Below, in pieces: positions 13,312 through 23,649 of a DNA stretch of 64,000 nucleotides. Position 1 is the first letter of the stretch; every line of letters starts with the position of its first letter. The position numbers and the translations under genes are program-made. Location of the stretch: contig OZ251232.1 in NCBI GenBank assembly GCA_965240325.2, positions 434,001 through 498,000 of the forward strand. The letters run 5' to 3'. The DNA comes from Rebecca billardiae RCC1528 (lineage: Eukaryota > Protista > Haptophyta). Below the pieces are notes generated by a model. That model did no database searches and had not been told where the DNA came from. It saw nothing but the letters and a program-made list of their open reading frames with translations.

Positions 13312-13845
13312 TTGCGTCTGATGATTCGACGACGATCAACAACGCCTATTGCTGGCGTGGGTCGTGCTGCTACTGTTTGTGATGATGATGATGGCCGAAT
13401 TGAACCGTGCCGGCCGGCGGAGTACCGCCGCAGCAGTAACTAATAACTTTACGCGCGTGCGCGCCGTGACTGATGACGACGCTCGACTGCGATGATATGT
13501 ATATCGATCAGCATATCGTCGCGACGGCCAGTCGTGGCGGCCGCATACACTTACAGTCGTCATATATGTCATCACTCATCAGCGCCGCGCGAGCACGGCA
13601 GCTGAGCCAGGCCCAGCAGCGCAGACTGCTACGACGCGCTATATATACGACGTATAGGCGAATACGGCTAGCTGCTGCTTAAGTACGACGTTATTACTAG
13701 TTACAGTACTTGCCGACTGCCGCCTCGTTACGCTGCCGGCGGCGCGGCTGCTGCTGCCTGCTGGCTGGACCGCGCATGCATCACTGCCACTAGGCACTAC
13801 GCTCAACGCTTAGTCTACTGACAGATGATATTCTCGCAGCAAGCA

Positions 13846-14025
<180 letters not shown>

Positions 14026-14116
14026 CGGCGGTGCGCACAGGACAACGCAGGAATGCCGTGCGAGCCGGATTCTTGGCGTCGCTCATAGACACTCAGTTAT
14101 AGGTTCCCTATAACGC

Positions 14117-14313
<197 letters not shown>

Positions 14314-14360
14314 GTCATCATCGTCGTCTGATCGTCATTCAGATTGATATTGACTCTCTT

Positions 14361-14509
<149 letters not shown>

Positions 14510-14693
14510 GAATAAGTGACGACGCGAGATGACGACGAGCGCATCACTGTGAAGTGTGATCATTCACTCGGTCCGAGTGGCATACGGATCATACAGCGCG
14601 CACGGCCGTCGTACTATCGGCGCCAGCCGCACAGCAGCGGCCGCGCGTGCGCGGACTAGTTCGCAGCAGCATTCGTCGGCAGGAGCGCCATCG

Positions 14694-15758
14694 TCACACG
14701 GCCGACAGCGCCGGCTTCTGCCCGAGGATCATCGTGCACTCGGCGATGGGCACGCTGCCGCGCTCGCGCTGCAGCATCGCCGTGACCGCACCCGCGCCGC
14801 CCGACGCGGCCGGCCAGCCGGCGGCCGAGAGCTCAGCGCTTGCCGCCAGCCCGTCTCTGCCGTGCTCGCGCGCGTGGTCCGCTTCGCCGCTGCAGAACCC
14901 CAGCCCAAGCTGCGCCTTCACACGGACGGTCTCGGGCCGCTTGGCCAGGTGGAGTCCGGAGATCAGGTGGGCTTGGATGGCCAGGACTGGCAGTGGGGTG
15001 AGGCCGAGCTGCCGCCGGCCTGCGGTGCTCGCGAGGAGCACGCTGGCGCCGCCGTGCAGCGCGCCGAGCGGGTTGGCGTGGGCGGTACTCAGCTCCACCA
15101 GCCCCGCCTCGCCGCCCTCGCCCACCGGGCGGAACACCTCGTCGAAGCTCTGGGGCGCGTGCGCCGCGCCGTCCGTCAGCACCGGGCGCGTGGCCCAGTA
15201 CGCATGTGCGGCGCTCAGCGTGAAGGGCTGCAGCTGCGGGCGCATGAGCCACTCGGGCCGGAGGCCCGTGCCGGGGAAGAACTTGACGTGCCGCCCGCGC
15301 ATGATGGACGCGTCGCTCCCGTCCACCTCGGCGCGCACGTCCACCTCGATGAAGCCGATCGTGCGGCCGATGCGTTGCGGCCGCGAGACGATGCTGATGG
15401 CCGAACCGTGCCCCACCTCGCGAGCGCGCGGCGAGAGCACGCCGGAGAGGTGCACCGAGACGCCTGGGCGGCATAGCGGGTCCCACAACGCGGCGCCCGC
15501 GAACGAGCTCGCCTCGTCGAACAGGGCCACCAGCCCAGCCGCAGAGACAGGCCCCTCGCCACTGCGGCCCTCGCACAGCCACCTGGGCACACGGCAGGCG
15601 ACTTCGCACCTGTCTGCGTCGAGCTGCCGCAGCTCCAGATCGCCACCGTCCGACTGCAGCACCAGGCCCAAGGTGCGGCCGAACCAGCCTGCCTGCGTCC
15701 TCGCGCTCGCCTTCCAGAAGAGCTCGACGCGTGAGCGTGCCGCAGCCGAAGGCGCCAT
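14694..15758 (-). CDS. Tandem (double) hot-dog fold acyl-CoA thioesterase, PaaI/ACOT13-like
   Basis: First module: GLVALFDEASSFA...PGVSVHLS...RIGRTIGFIEVDV. Second module: HANPLGALHGGASVLL. ATG at 15758, intronless, 354 aa. Confidence 0.75.
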   Translation of the reverse strand: MAPSAAARSRVELFWKASARTQAGWFGRTLGLVLQSDGGDLELRQLDADRCEVACRVPRWLCEGRSGEGPVSAAGLVALFDEASSFAGAALWDPLCRPGVSVHLSGVLSPRAREVGHGSAISIVSRPQRIGRTIGFIEVDVRAEVDGSDASIMRGRHVKFFPGTGLRPEWLMRPQLQPFTLSAAHAYWATRPVLTDGAAHAPQSFDEVFRPVGEGGEAGLVELSTAHANPLGALHGGASVLLASTAGRRQLGLTPLPVLAIQAHLISGLHLAKRPETVRVKAQLGLGFCSGEADHAREHGRDGLAASAELSAAGWPAASGGAGAVTAMLQRERGSVPIAECTMILGQKPALSAV

Positions 15759-15791
15759 GCTTGCCGGTCGTTTAGTGCGTCGGTCATGGGG

Positions 15792-15850
15792 GTACAGTTT
15801 ACTAAGAATAAGAGACGCACACAGCTCAGGCAGGCGAGATTGACGCCCGC
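15792..15850 (+). repeat. Dispersed ~50-bp repeat, copy 1 (GTACAGTTTACTAAGAATAAGAGACGCACACAGCTCAGGCAGGCGAGATT); probable Tc1/mariner-type terminus
   Basis: Identical 50 bp at 37467-37516; variants at 40051-40094 and, inverted, 63341-63395. Confidence 0.8.
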
Positions 15851-16646
15851 CAACTGTCACCGCCCACTTGATGATCAGCATGGCTGATCTGATCAGGCTT
15901 GATGCACCGCCAAATTCTTGGATAGAGGCCGCTGCCAGAGGTTGGCGCTCGCCTCCTGCTCGCGGATCGACCAGTGTCTTATTATGAGTGATGATTCGGA
16001 GAGCAGTGTCACGCACAGACTGGGTCCGAAGAGTCTGTGCCAGAGCCGGGCATCATCGGAGTCCGGCCCGAGCTGGTTGCGGTCGGCCACGTCACTCGTC
16101 AGGCAGCGTGACCGGGCCGGCGATGCACGGCGCAGCCGCACGGGTCGAGTAACGCGACCGGTCAGTCCGGTCACGGTCCGTCGGTCCGCGCGGTCGGACG
16201 AACGCGACGGCGCCACGGTCACCGGGACACGGGGCCACGCCAGACAGGGCCGTCGGCCCGGCGGCGCGGCAGCTCAGTGGCGAGGCTCCATGGTCCATGT
16301 GATTCAACGGCCGCCATGGCCGCTGAGATCTCATCCTGCCCGGAGCCAGTGAGCCGCTCCGCTTTGTCAGCCACCCGGCCTGCGTCCGTCCGTCCGCCGG
16401 CCAGTGCTGCGCGTCGTGTGGGGTCGCGCGAAGCCGGCGTCGGAGCTCCATGTGTGCGCCCGAGTCCAGCCATATGCACGGTGGTGCGCCTGCGTGCACC
16501 CACGCTCGGCAGCATCACAGGCGGCAGCCAACCGGGGCAGCCGCGCGCTGAGAGCAAATGCGGGCCGCGCCCAGCAGCGGCCAGTGACGCCCGGTCCTGC
16601 GCGCCTCGAGCCGCACGCCGGCTCTAGCCGCGCCCGAGCGCGCGCG

Positions 16647-17473
16647 TCACGACTCGAGCTTGCTCTCTGCCAGCAGCGCCATCACGTCCTCGAAGAAGTC
16701 TTCTGGCGGCTTCTTGGAGAAGTCAATGGCCGCCTTCACAGCGGCGTCAAACGCCTGCGCGGAGGGGCGCGCGACGACGGGCGCGGCGGGGTGGGGCAGG
16801 GCGAGCGGCACGCTCAGCCCGGCACGCGCCGGGCCGCCGCGCCCTCGCGCGGGAAGCCGAGGCGCCACGCCACGCGGCGCAGAGGCGCGAGGCGCGGCGC
16901 GGCGCTCGGTCGGCGGCTTGCCTGCACAACGTTGGTCCCATCCGCCGCCGAGCACATGAAGAGCGGCAACTTGTGCTTGTCCGGGAAGCCAAACCCCTTG
17001 GACGCGACGGCCGGGTCGACGTCCACCTTGTTCGCCACGCACACCACGGGGATGTGCTTCCGGTACTCGCGCAGCTCCTTGTACCACGTGACGAGATTCT
17101 TGTACGTCACCTTTCGTGTCACGTCAAAGCAGAGCACGCACGCGTGCGCGCGGTGGTAGTAGCTCGGGTGGAGCGACTGGAAGCGCTCCTGCCCCGCTGT
17201 GTCCCAGAAGTCGATGTGGTACATCTCGCCCTCGTGCTCCACGTCTTTCCTGAAGAGCGTGAGCGCGTACGTGCTGAGCTGGTGTTGTGCGTAGTTATCG
17301 ACCAGATACCGCTCGATCAGCTTGCTCTTGCCAGTGGCCGAGTCGCCGAGCAGGATGATCTTGATGGGCTCCTCGTCGTCGTCCGTCGGAGGGGCCTTCA
17401 TCCCCTCGTCGCCGTCGGGCTTCACCGTGCCCTCCGCCTTGGCAGCATCGCCTGCCGAGGCAGAGACAGCCAT
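16647..17473 (-). CDS. RABL2: Rab-like protein 2 (ciliary GTPase); complement(join(16647..16754,16922..17473)), GC-AG intron
   Basis: [66 protein letters not shown]; no C-terminal prenylation Cys. Intron 16755-16921 (CAG|GCAAGC...GCGCAG) joins to AFDAAVKAAIDF. Confidence 0.9.
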
Positions 17474-17657
17474 GGGCTTCGCGACGGGAGCGGTTGAACG
17501 AACGCCCCTGACGGTGAGGCTGGCGAGGCCGGGGCGCAAGACGTCCGGATGTGGGCGCAACATCGGATGCCGGATGTACGAGCGGGAGTTTGGCCGCCGC
17601 CGCCCTTTCGGCCCTTGCTGGTTGAGCAAGGTAGCCGCCCCCCGCGGCGACGCCGCC

Positions 17658-19175
17658 ATGCCTGCTCCAGCTGGCAGCAACGGGGCGCCGCCCGCACCCG
17701 CGACCAATGCGCCGATGCGCCCGACCGTGCTGGAGGCCGGCACTGCCACCGCCCCGGGCGCTGCGACCGGCACGGGCACGGCGGCCGCTCGGCTCGGCTT
17801 GCACGAGCGCGGGAAGCAGGTGGCGATGGCTGGCGGCAAGCAGGCGGCGATCGCAGGGCGCAAGGCGGCGGGCAAGGCGGCGCAGGCGACGGGCAAGGCG
17901 TACGAGCTGGCGACGACCGAGGAGCAGCGGCGGCAGCACAAGGAGAAGTTCAGGCAGCAGGCACGCGCCGTCGCGCTCCCGGCGGCCGAGCTCGTGATGG
18001 GCGTGACCGGCTCCAAGCTCAAGCTGCTGCTCACGAACGACGCCGACATGCCGGGCTCGGTGGCGCGCACGATCGAGAGTATGGTCGATAGCCTCTGGCC
18101 CGACGTCCAGCGCCAGGTGCTCGTCGAGCTCGAGAAGGCGCTCGCCCCGGCGCCGCTGGCCGCGGCGGGGGAGGCCGCGGCCGCCACGGTCGGCTGCTGC
18201 ACCGGCCTCTTCCGCCGCGTGCGCGGCGCGGTGCTGCACGCGTACAAGCCGTACGACGCGTCGATCTTCGGCCAGCTGCGCCGGCCGGGCAGCGTCCTCT
18301 GCCTCCTGCTCGCGATGTGCCCCTGGTTCGGCGTGCGCGCCGCCTTCTTCGTGTTTGTCCTGCTGCTCATCTCTGCGGGCGGCTCTCCGTTTGACGAGCA
18401 CCAGCTGATTGCCTTCATCCTGCACTTCAAGGCGACGCAGAGCCTCGCGGGCGTGCTCTTCTTCGCGCAGGGGCACGTGATGTACTACGCGTGCCTGCAG
18501 CTGCTGCCCCCCGCGGGCAGCGCCGCCGACGCGCCCGGCGGCCACTCGTGCGTCGACAACGGGCCGGGCGCGCACCGCATGTTTGTGATGGACATGCTCG
18601 GGCTGCTGGCGTATGTGACGCTGGCGTGGCTGGCGTGGGCGCTGCTCGCGTACGCGCGGCCCTTCGAGCACGGCGCCGGCGCGGCGGACGGCGCGGCCGG
18701 CTCGAAGACGCTCGTGCGCGACCACTCGCAGATGTCACGGGACGACCGCGCGCGCGCGCGCGACCGCCGGCTGCGCTACGGCAGCCGGCTGCGCTCGCTG
18801 CTCCGCTACGACACGGTCGCCTTCCTCGTGTGCGGGCTGCTGTGCGTGCTGCTCGAGATGCTCACGGAGGACTGGGACGCGGTCGCGGCGAGCGGCGAGT
18901 CGTTCGTCACGTCGTGGCGCTTCAAGGCAACCTTCTTCCTCTGCCGCTCCATCTACGCGCTCTCGAGCGTGCCCTTCCTGCCGCTCGCGCTGCCCATCGT
19001 CCGCGAGATCCTGACGCAGTCGGCGCAGCCGACCGGCTTCGACCGCGACGGCATCGTGCGCGCGATGGCGATCCCGCCGCGGCCGCCGCCGGCTGCGCCC
19101 ATGCCCGCCGCGCAGGCGTTGCAGGCTGGAACTGCCACGCCGGCGGGCGCCGGCGCCGTGGGAGCGCGCGTCTGA
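17658..19175 (+). CDS. Hypothetical multi-pass membrane protein (about 505 aa)
   Basis: ATG 17658, strongly GC-ending codons, several hydrophobic segments (VRAAFFVFVLLLI, LLAYVTLAWLAWALLAY, VAFLVCGLLCVLL). Divergent from RABL2. Confidence 0.75.
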   Translation: MPAPAGSNGAPPAPATNAPMRPTVLEAGTATAPGAATGTGTAAARLGLHERGKQVAMAGGKQAAIAGRKAAGKAAQATGKAYELATTEEQRRQHKEKFRQQARAVALPAAELVMGVTGSKLKLLLTNDADMPGSVARTIESMVDSLWPDVQRQVLVELEKALAPAPLAAAGEAAAATVGCCTGLFRRVRGAVLHAYKPYDASIFGQLRRPGSVLCLLLAMCPWFGVRAAFFVFVLLLISAGGSPFDEHQLIAFILHFKATQSLAGVLFFAQGHVMYYACLQLLPPAGSAADAPGGHSCVDNGPGAHRMFVMDMLGLLAYVTLAWLAWALLAYARPFEHGAGAADGAAGSKTLVRDHSQMSRDDRARARDRRLRYGSRLRSLLRYDTVAFLVCGLLCVLLEMLTEDWDAVAASGESFVTSWRFKATFFLCRSIYALSSVPFLPLALPIVREILTQSAQPTGFDRDGIVRAMAIPPRPPPAAPMPAAQALQAGTATPAGAGAVGARV

Positions 19176-19706
19176 GGCTGACCACCGACGAGCCGTGACT
19201 GAGTGGAGAGTGACTCGTCACTCTACTCGTGACAGAGGCGTGACGGCCGTGGGCGTGGGCCGCGTGTGGTGCGTTGCGTGAGCGTCGGCGGCGCGCGCTG
19301 TTATTGTGAAGTATTCAACGACGAACGTCAGCGCTGAATAAATTATTATTAGCATCATATATATATATATATATATATATCATCTGTGAATTATTGACAC
19401 TGACACTGTGATCTGCCCGCGGACGAATAAAAGTCTATATACTCATCGATCTGATATGATGACAAAGAGGCGCGACTCTAGCTCGCTGAGACTCGACTCC
19501 AGAGTCCAGTACTGGCAGGAGTCTACGAGACCGATCGTCTCCAGACCGAGTCTCTGCACTCTCTGCTTGTAGCTTGAGACGTTCAGACAGCTTGATCGTC
19601 GGCGATCGACGGCGCCCGGTGCGGCCGGTGCCGGCATCGCCGCGCGAATGGCGGTGACCGTCAAACTCCCAGCCCCGGGCCCGGCCGCGCACATGCGGTG
19701 GCCTCA

Positions 19707-21168
19707 TCACAGCTTGCCTGCCAGGAACTGGTCGAGCATGTACAGGCTCGCCGCGGGCTGGTCCATCGGCGCCATGTGCCCCGCATTGAACATGCGCAGG
19801 AAGGTGAGGCCCTTTGCTGAGCGCACATCGCCCGCGTGGGCCGGCTTGCCACGGGACTCGACGGTGGGCGCGGTCCAGGGCAGGTCCTTGGCATGCTCGA
19901 AGGCGTGCTGGCCCGGCCACGCCATCTTGAGGGTCCACGCCTTGTTGCCCAGCCAGTTGCAGATGAAGTCCTGCCGAGCGGCGGCGCGCGGGCAGCAGTG
20001 CGGCACGCGTCCAGGTGAGCGCTCGGCGCGTCCGAGTGCCGCGCGCGCGCGGGGGCGGTCTGCGGGCACGCACCTGATCGCCCGCGTAGATGAGCACGCG
20101 GATGCCGTCGTTGAGCAGGTCCGGCAGGCGCTGCTGGTAGTCCTTCATCCAGTCCGCCCTGAACATCATGTTCACCGCCATGTTGCAGTCCGCCCAGTCG
20201 GCGTGCGCTGGGTCGATGTTGAGCGCGCGCCGCACCTCCGCGCGCGCCAGGTACTTCCCGATGTTGGAGAAGTCGTAGCACAGGCCGGGCACCTCGCAAG
20301 GGATGCGCATGTCGTACACGTTGAGGCCCGACGTCTGGTACGGCATCACCTCCGCCGCGTTGCGCCCCGTCTGCGCCGCAGCGCACGCCGCGTCGGCCAT
20401 GCTCGAGTTGGCCGCGTTGCAAGCGCGGATGGTGGCAAGGCACGCGGGCAGCGCCAGCTTCATCGCCGCGTGCGTGAGCGAGCCGACTGCGGGCTTGTGC
20501 CCGTTGGTCGAGATCGCCATGTCGGGGTAGTACGCGTACTGCACCTCCGGGTCGGTCAGCCCGTTGCCCACCGCCACGCCGCGCAGCTGCAGCCTCGGCG
20601 TGCCGCCCTCCTTGTTGCCGCGCCACACCCGGTGCGCGATCGCCGGCACGTAGTGCCCGGCGTACGACTCGCCAAAGATGTAGAGGTCGTTGTCGGCGAG
20701 CTCGGTGTGCTTGGCGAAGAACTGCAGGAGGAAGTCGTACATGTCGTTCGCCACGCCCTTCTCGTCGTGGTCGTACCCCGAGCCGTACGAGAAGCCCGTG
20801 CCAGTCGGCTGGTCGACGTAGAGGAGATTGGCCGCAAAGTTCCACGAGTACGGGTTGCGCGTCGTGGCGGTGCCGTCCTTGTTCACCTTGCACGGGCCGT
20901 TCTCGCCGAAGAGGGCCACCTCCGACGAGCAACCGGGCCCGCCCGTCAGCCAGAGCACCACCGGGTCGTCCTTGGGCGCGTTGCGCGACGCAAAGTGCCA
21001 GTAGAAGTAATGCTTGCTGCCGGGGCCAGTCCGCAGGTGGAAGTAGCCGGCGAACTGCTCGACGTCGTCGCAGAGCCGCGGCGAGGTCTCGTTGAGCACC
21101 TGGAAGCTCGTGGGGCCGATCACGCCCGCCACGCCCCCGGCGAGGAGGACCAGGCCGGCGAGCACCAT
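19707..21168 (-). CDS. Secreted serine carboxypeptidase (peptidase S10); complement(join(19707..19970,20074..21168))
   Basis: Signal peptide, WLTGGPGCSS, YVDQPTGTGFSY, catalytic GESYAG, YAGDQ|DFICN across intron 19971-20073, AGHMAPMDQP. Confidence 0.93.
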
Positions 21169-21625
21169 CGTCGGAGCAAGCCGCGGGCGGCTTGGGCGGC
21201 TGGCGGCGGCTTCCTCGCGTCCGAGGCTGCCGGGCGCCGGCCGAGCGTCTGCGGAAGGATGGGGCCGAAACGCGCTTTCCAGCAGCTCTTGCTGGTCAGA
21301 AGCTCCAGAGCGAGCGCTCGCGCAGGACGGGCTTACCGCCCTTGGCTGCGGCTCCTGCCGCCTCGCCAGCCAGCTTAGCTTGCCTGCTTGCCCAACGACT
21401 CCAACGAGTACGACCGACCACGCTTGGCCCAACTCAGACTCAGTCTCGTAACGGCGTCAGTCCAGACTCCTTAGCAGTACTAGTCCACGGTGCCTAATCA
21501 CAGTCTGCTGCTCCCTATTAGGCAGTAGTCTGTATAGGGAGCAGCAGTAGTCTGCATAGCAGTAGTCTACGCCGCCCTCGGCCCGGTGGACATCGCGACC
21601 GCCAGGCGCCCTCCGGCAGTGGCAG

Positions 21626-22995
21626 CTACTCGAGCGGTGGCACCTCGTCCTCGTCGTCGTCGACCACCGCCTCCTCCAGCGGCGGCGGCGCCTCGCTCGC
21701 GAGCGCGGCGGCCTCCTCGGCGGCGGCCTCCTCGTCGGGCACGATGCCGTGGATGTCCACCGCGCCGGCCAGCCCGAGCCGCGCGCGCGTGCCCTTGTCC
21801 TCGAGCTGCTCGGGCGCGGGCTTGGCGCCCCGGACGAGCGGCCGCGCGCGCGGGCACTTGAGGAGCAGGTGGCCGGTGGTCGTCGAGCGCACGGCGGTGG
21901 CGGCCGAGGCGTGCACCTCGTCGGGCAGGACCAGCTGGATGTGCTTCCCCTTCGCCGTGCACCGCACGTACGTCGGCTGCACGTCCGCCTCGATCTGCGC
22001 CGTGTCGAGGAACTTTGGGAAGGCGATGTCGACGTGGATCTCGTCGCCGAGATCGTCCACCTTGAACGGCCACTTACCCATGTTCATCTGGATGGGCGAG
22101 CCGTCGTCGCGGAAGAGGCGGCGCGGGCGCTCGGGCTCGATCCCGAGGAGGTAGTCGTCCCGCCGCTGCGCCTCGCGCCGCTGCTCCTCCTGCTGCAGCT
22201 TGAGCTCGCGCGTCTCGAGCGCGTCCAGCGTGCGCGTCTCCGGGCACCACTCGCGCGCGTCCGCGTCGTCCGGCTCGAGCGCGCGGCGCGCGCGCGCGGC
22301 GGCGTTGGCGGCGGCGTTCTCGCGCGCGGCGACGACGAGGCGGCGCTCGAGCGCCTTGAGCTGCTGCACCGCCTCGATCCGCTCGCTCCGCGTGACGTCG
22401 ACGCCGTCGAGCTTGGTGAGCTGCGGCAGCGACGCGAGCACGTACGGCCGGTACCCGTCCCACTGCGCGCACGGGTTGCCCGTGAGGTAGAGCTCCTCGA
22501 GCTGCGTGTTGTTGCGCAGCGAGCGGATCGACGCGAGCTGCTCCACGTCGACGAAGTTGCACGTGAGGTCGAGCTTCTTGAGCGACTCGCACCCGTCGAG
22601 CCCCTCGAGCTTGACAATGTTGTTGAGCGCCACGTTCAAGTACTCGAGCTTCTTGAGCCGGTTGAGGTTCTCGAGGCGCGGGATGAGGTTGCACTGGAGC
22701 AGCAGGATGCGCAGCTCGCGGCACGCCTGGTTCACCGTCTCGATCCGGCCGATGTCCAGCTGGTGCAGCGCGATCTCCTCGAGCGTCGAGAGCATCCCGT
22801 CATTGTGCTCCGCTTTCCGGCGGATCAAATCCTCCGTCAGGCGCTCGGGCTCGGTGCGCGGCCTGGCGGCGCGTGGTGCGGTGGGGCGCGGGCGGCGCTC
22901 AGGCCCGAGGCGCGGCGGCGGCGCGCGCGCCGGGCGCGCCGCGGCGCGCACTTCGTCTTGCCGCTCGCGCCCGCCGTCTGGACCTCCCCCGGCAT
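21626..22995 (-). CDS. DNAAF11: Axonemal dynein assembly factor LRRC6/TilB (LRR + CS-like domain); complement(join(21626..22862,22952..22995))
   Basis: LTEDLIRRKAEHNDGMLSTLEEIALHQ, LEYLNVALNNI, LYLTGNPC, PKFLDT, DVQPTYVR, C-terminal DEVPPLE. Intron 22863-22951. Confidence 0.9.
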
Positions 22996-23649
22996 TTTCC
23001 TCCTAACGGTGATGCAACCTAACCGCCCAGACTTGCACGGCACGATGGCGGCAGCCAGAAAGTCGCACGATGGCGGCTGCACCAACCAGAGCTGCTCACC
23101 AGTTTTGGTCAGCAAGGAGCATGTGGCAGCGGCCGGGCAGGCGTGAGTGCGTGACCTGGTGCCAGCCGAGGGAGCAGCAGGGTCTATGCGACTTCCACAC
23201 GCGTCGCGCGTGACGACTACTGTCGTCGTCGACGCCGCGGTCCGATTGGAATGAATCGGACGGTCCTCGGAACAGACGGCGGCGCAGGATTCATCTGCCA
23301 TCTGGATTCTGGCCGCGACTCGGGCGAAGTCTCGATGACCGCGTGGACGAGTGCACGCAGGACTCGGCCGCCACGCGCGGACGACTTAGACTACGCCGCA
23401 TCGGCGGCCTATTCGGCCCCGTTCATCCGTGATCCGCGATCGCTAAGTGAGTCCAGCCCCGGGAGCAGTGCTCCGAGTGTCAGTGAATAGTGATGTCGAT
23501 GAGTATCAGTATGGTCTCAGTAGCTGATGGTGGCATCGGCGGTCGCGGAACCCACCCGGTCCCCTGCGCGGCCTGTGCGCCTCCGTCTCAGAGCCCGGGC
23601 CTCAGCTGTCAGCGTGGCCAGCATCATCCGCCGACCCAAGCAGCGGCCG

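Noticed and set aside
15792-15841. Dispersed repeat as an snRNA or tRNA gene
   Set aside because: No recognisable U1/U2/U4/U5/U6 motifs, Sm site context or cloverleaf.
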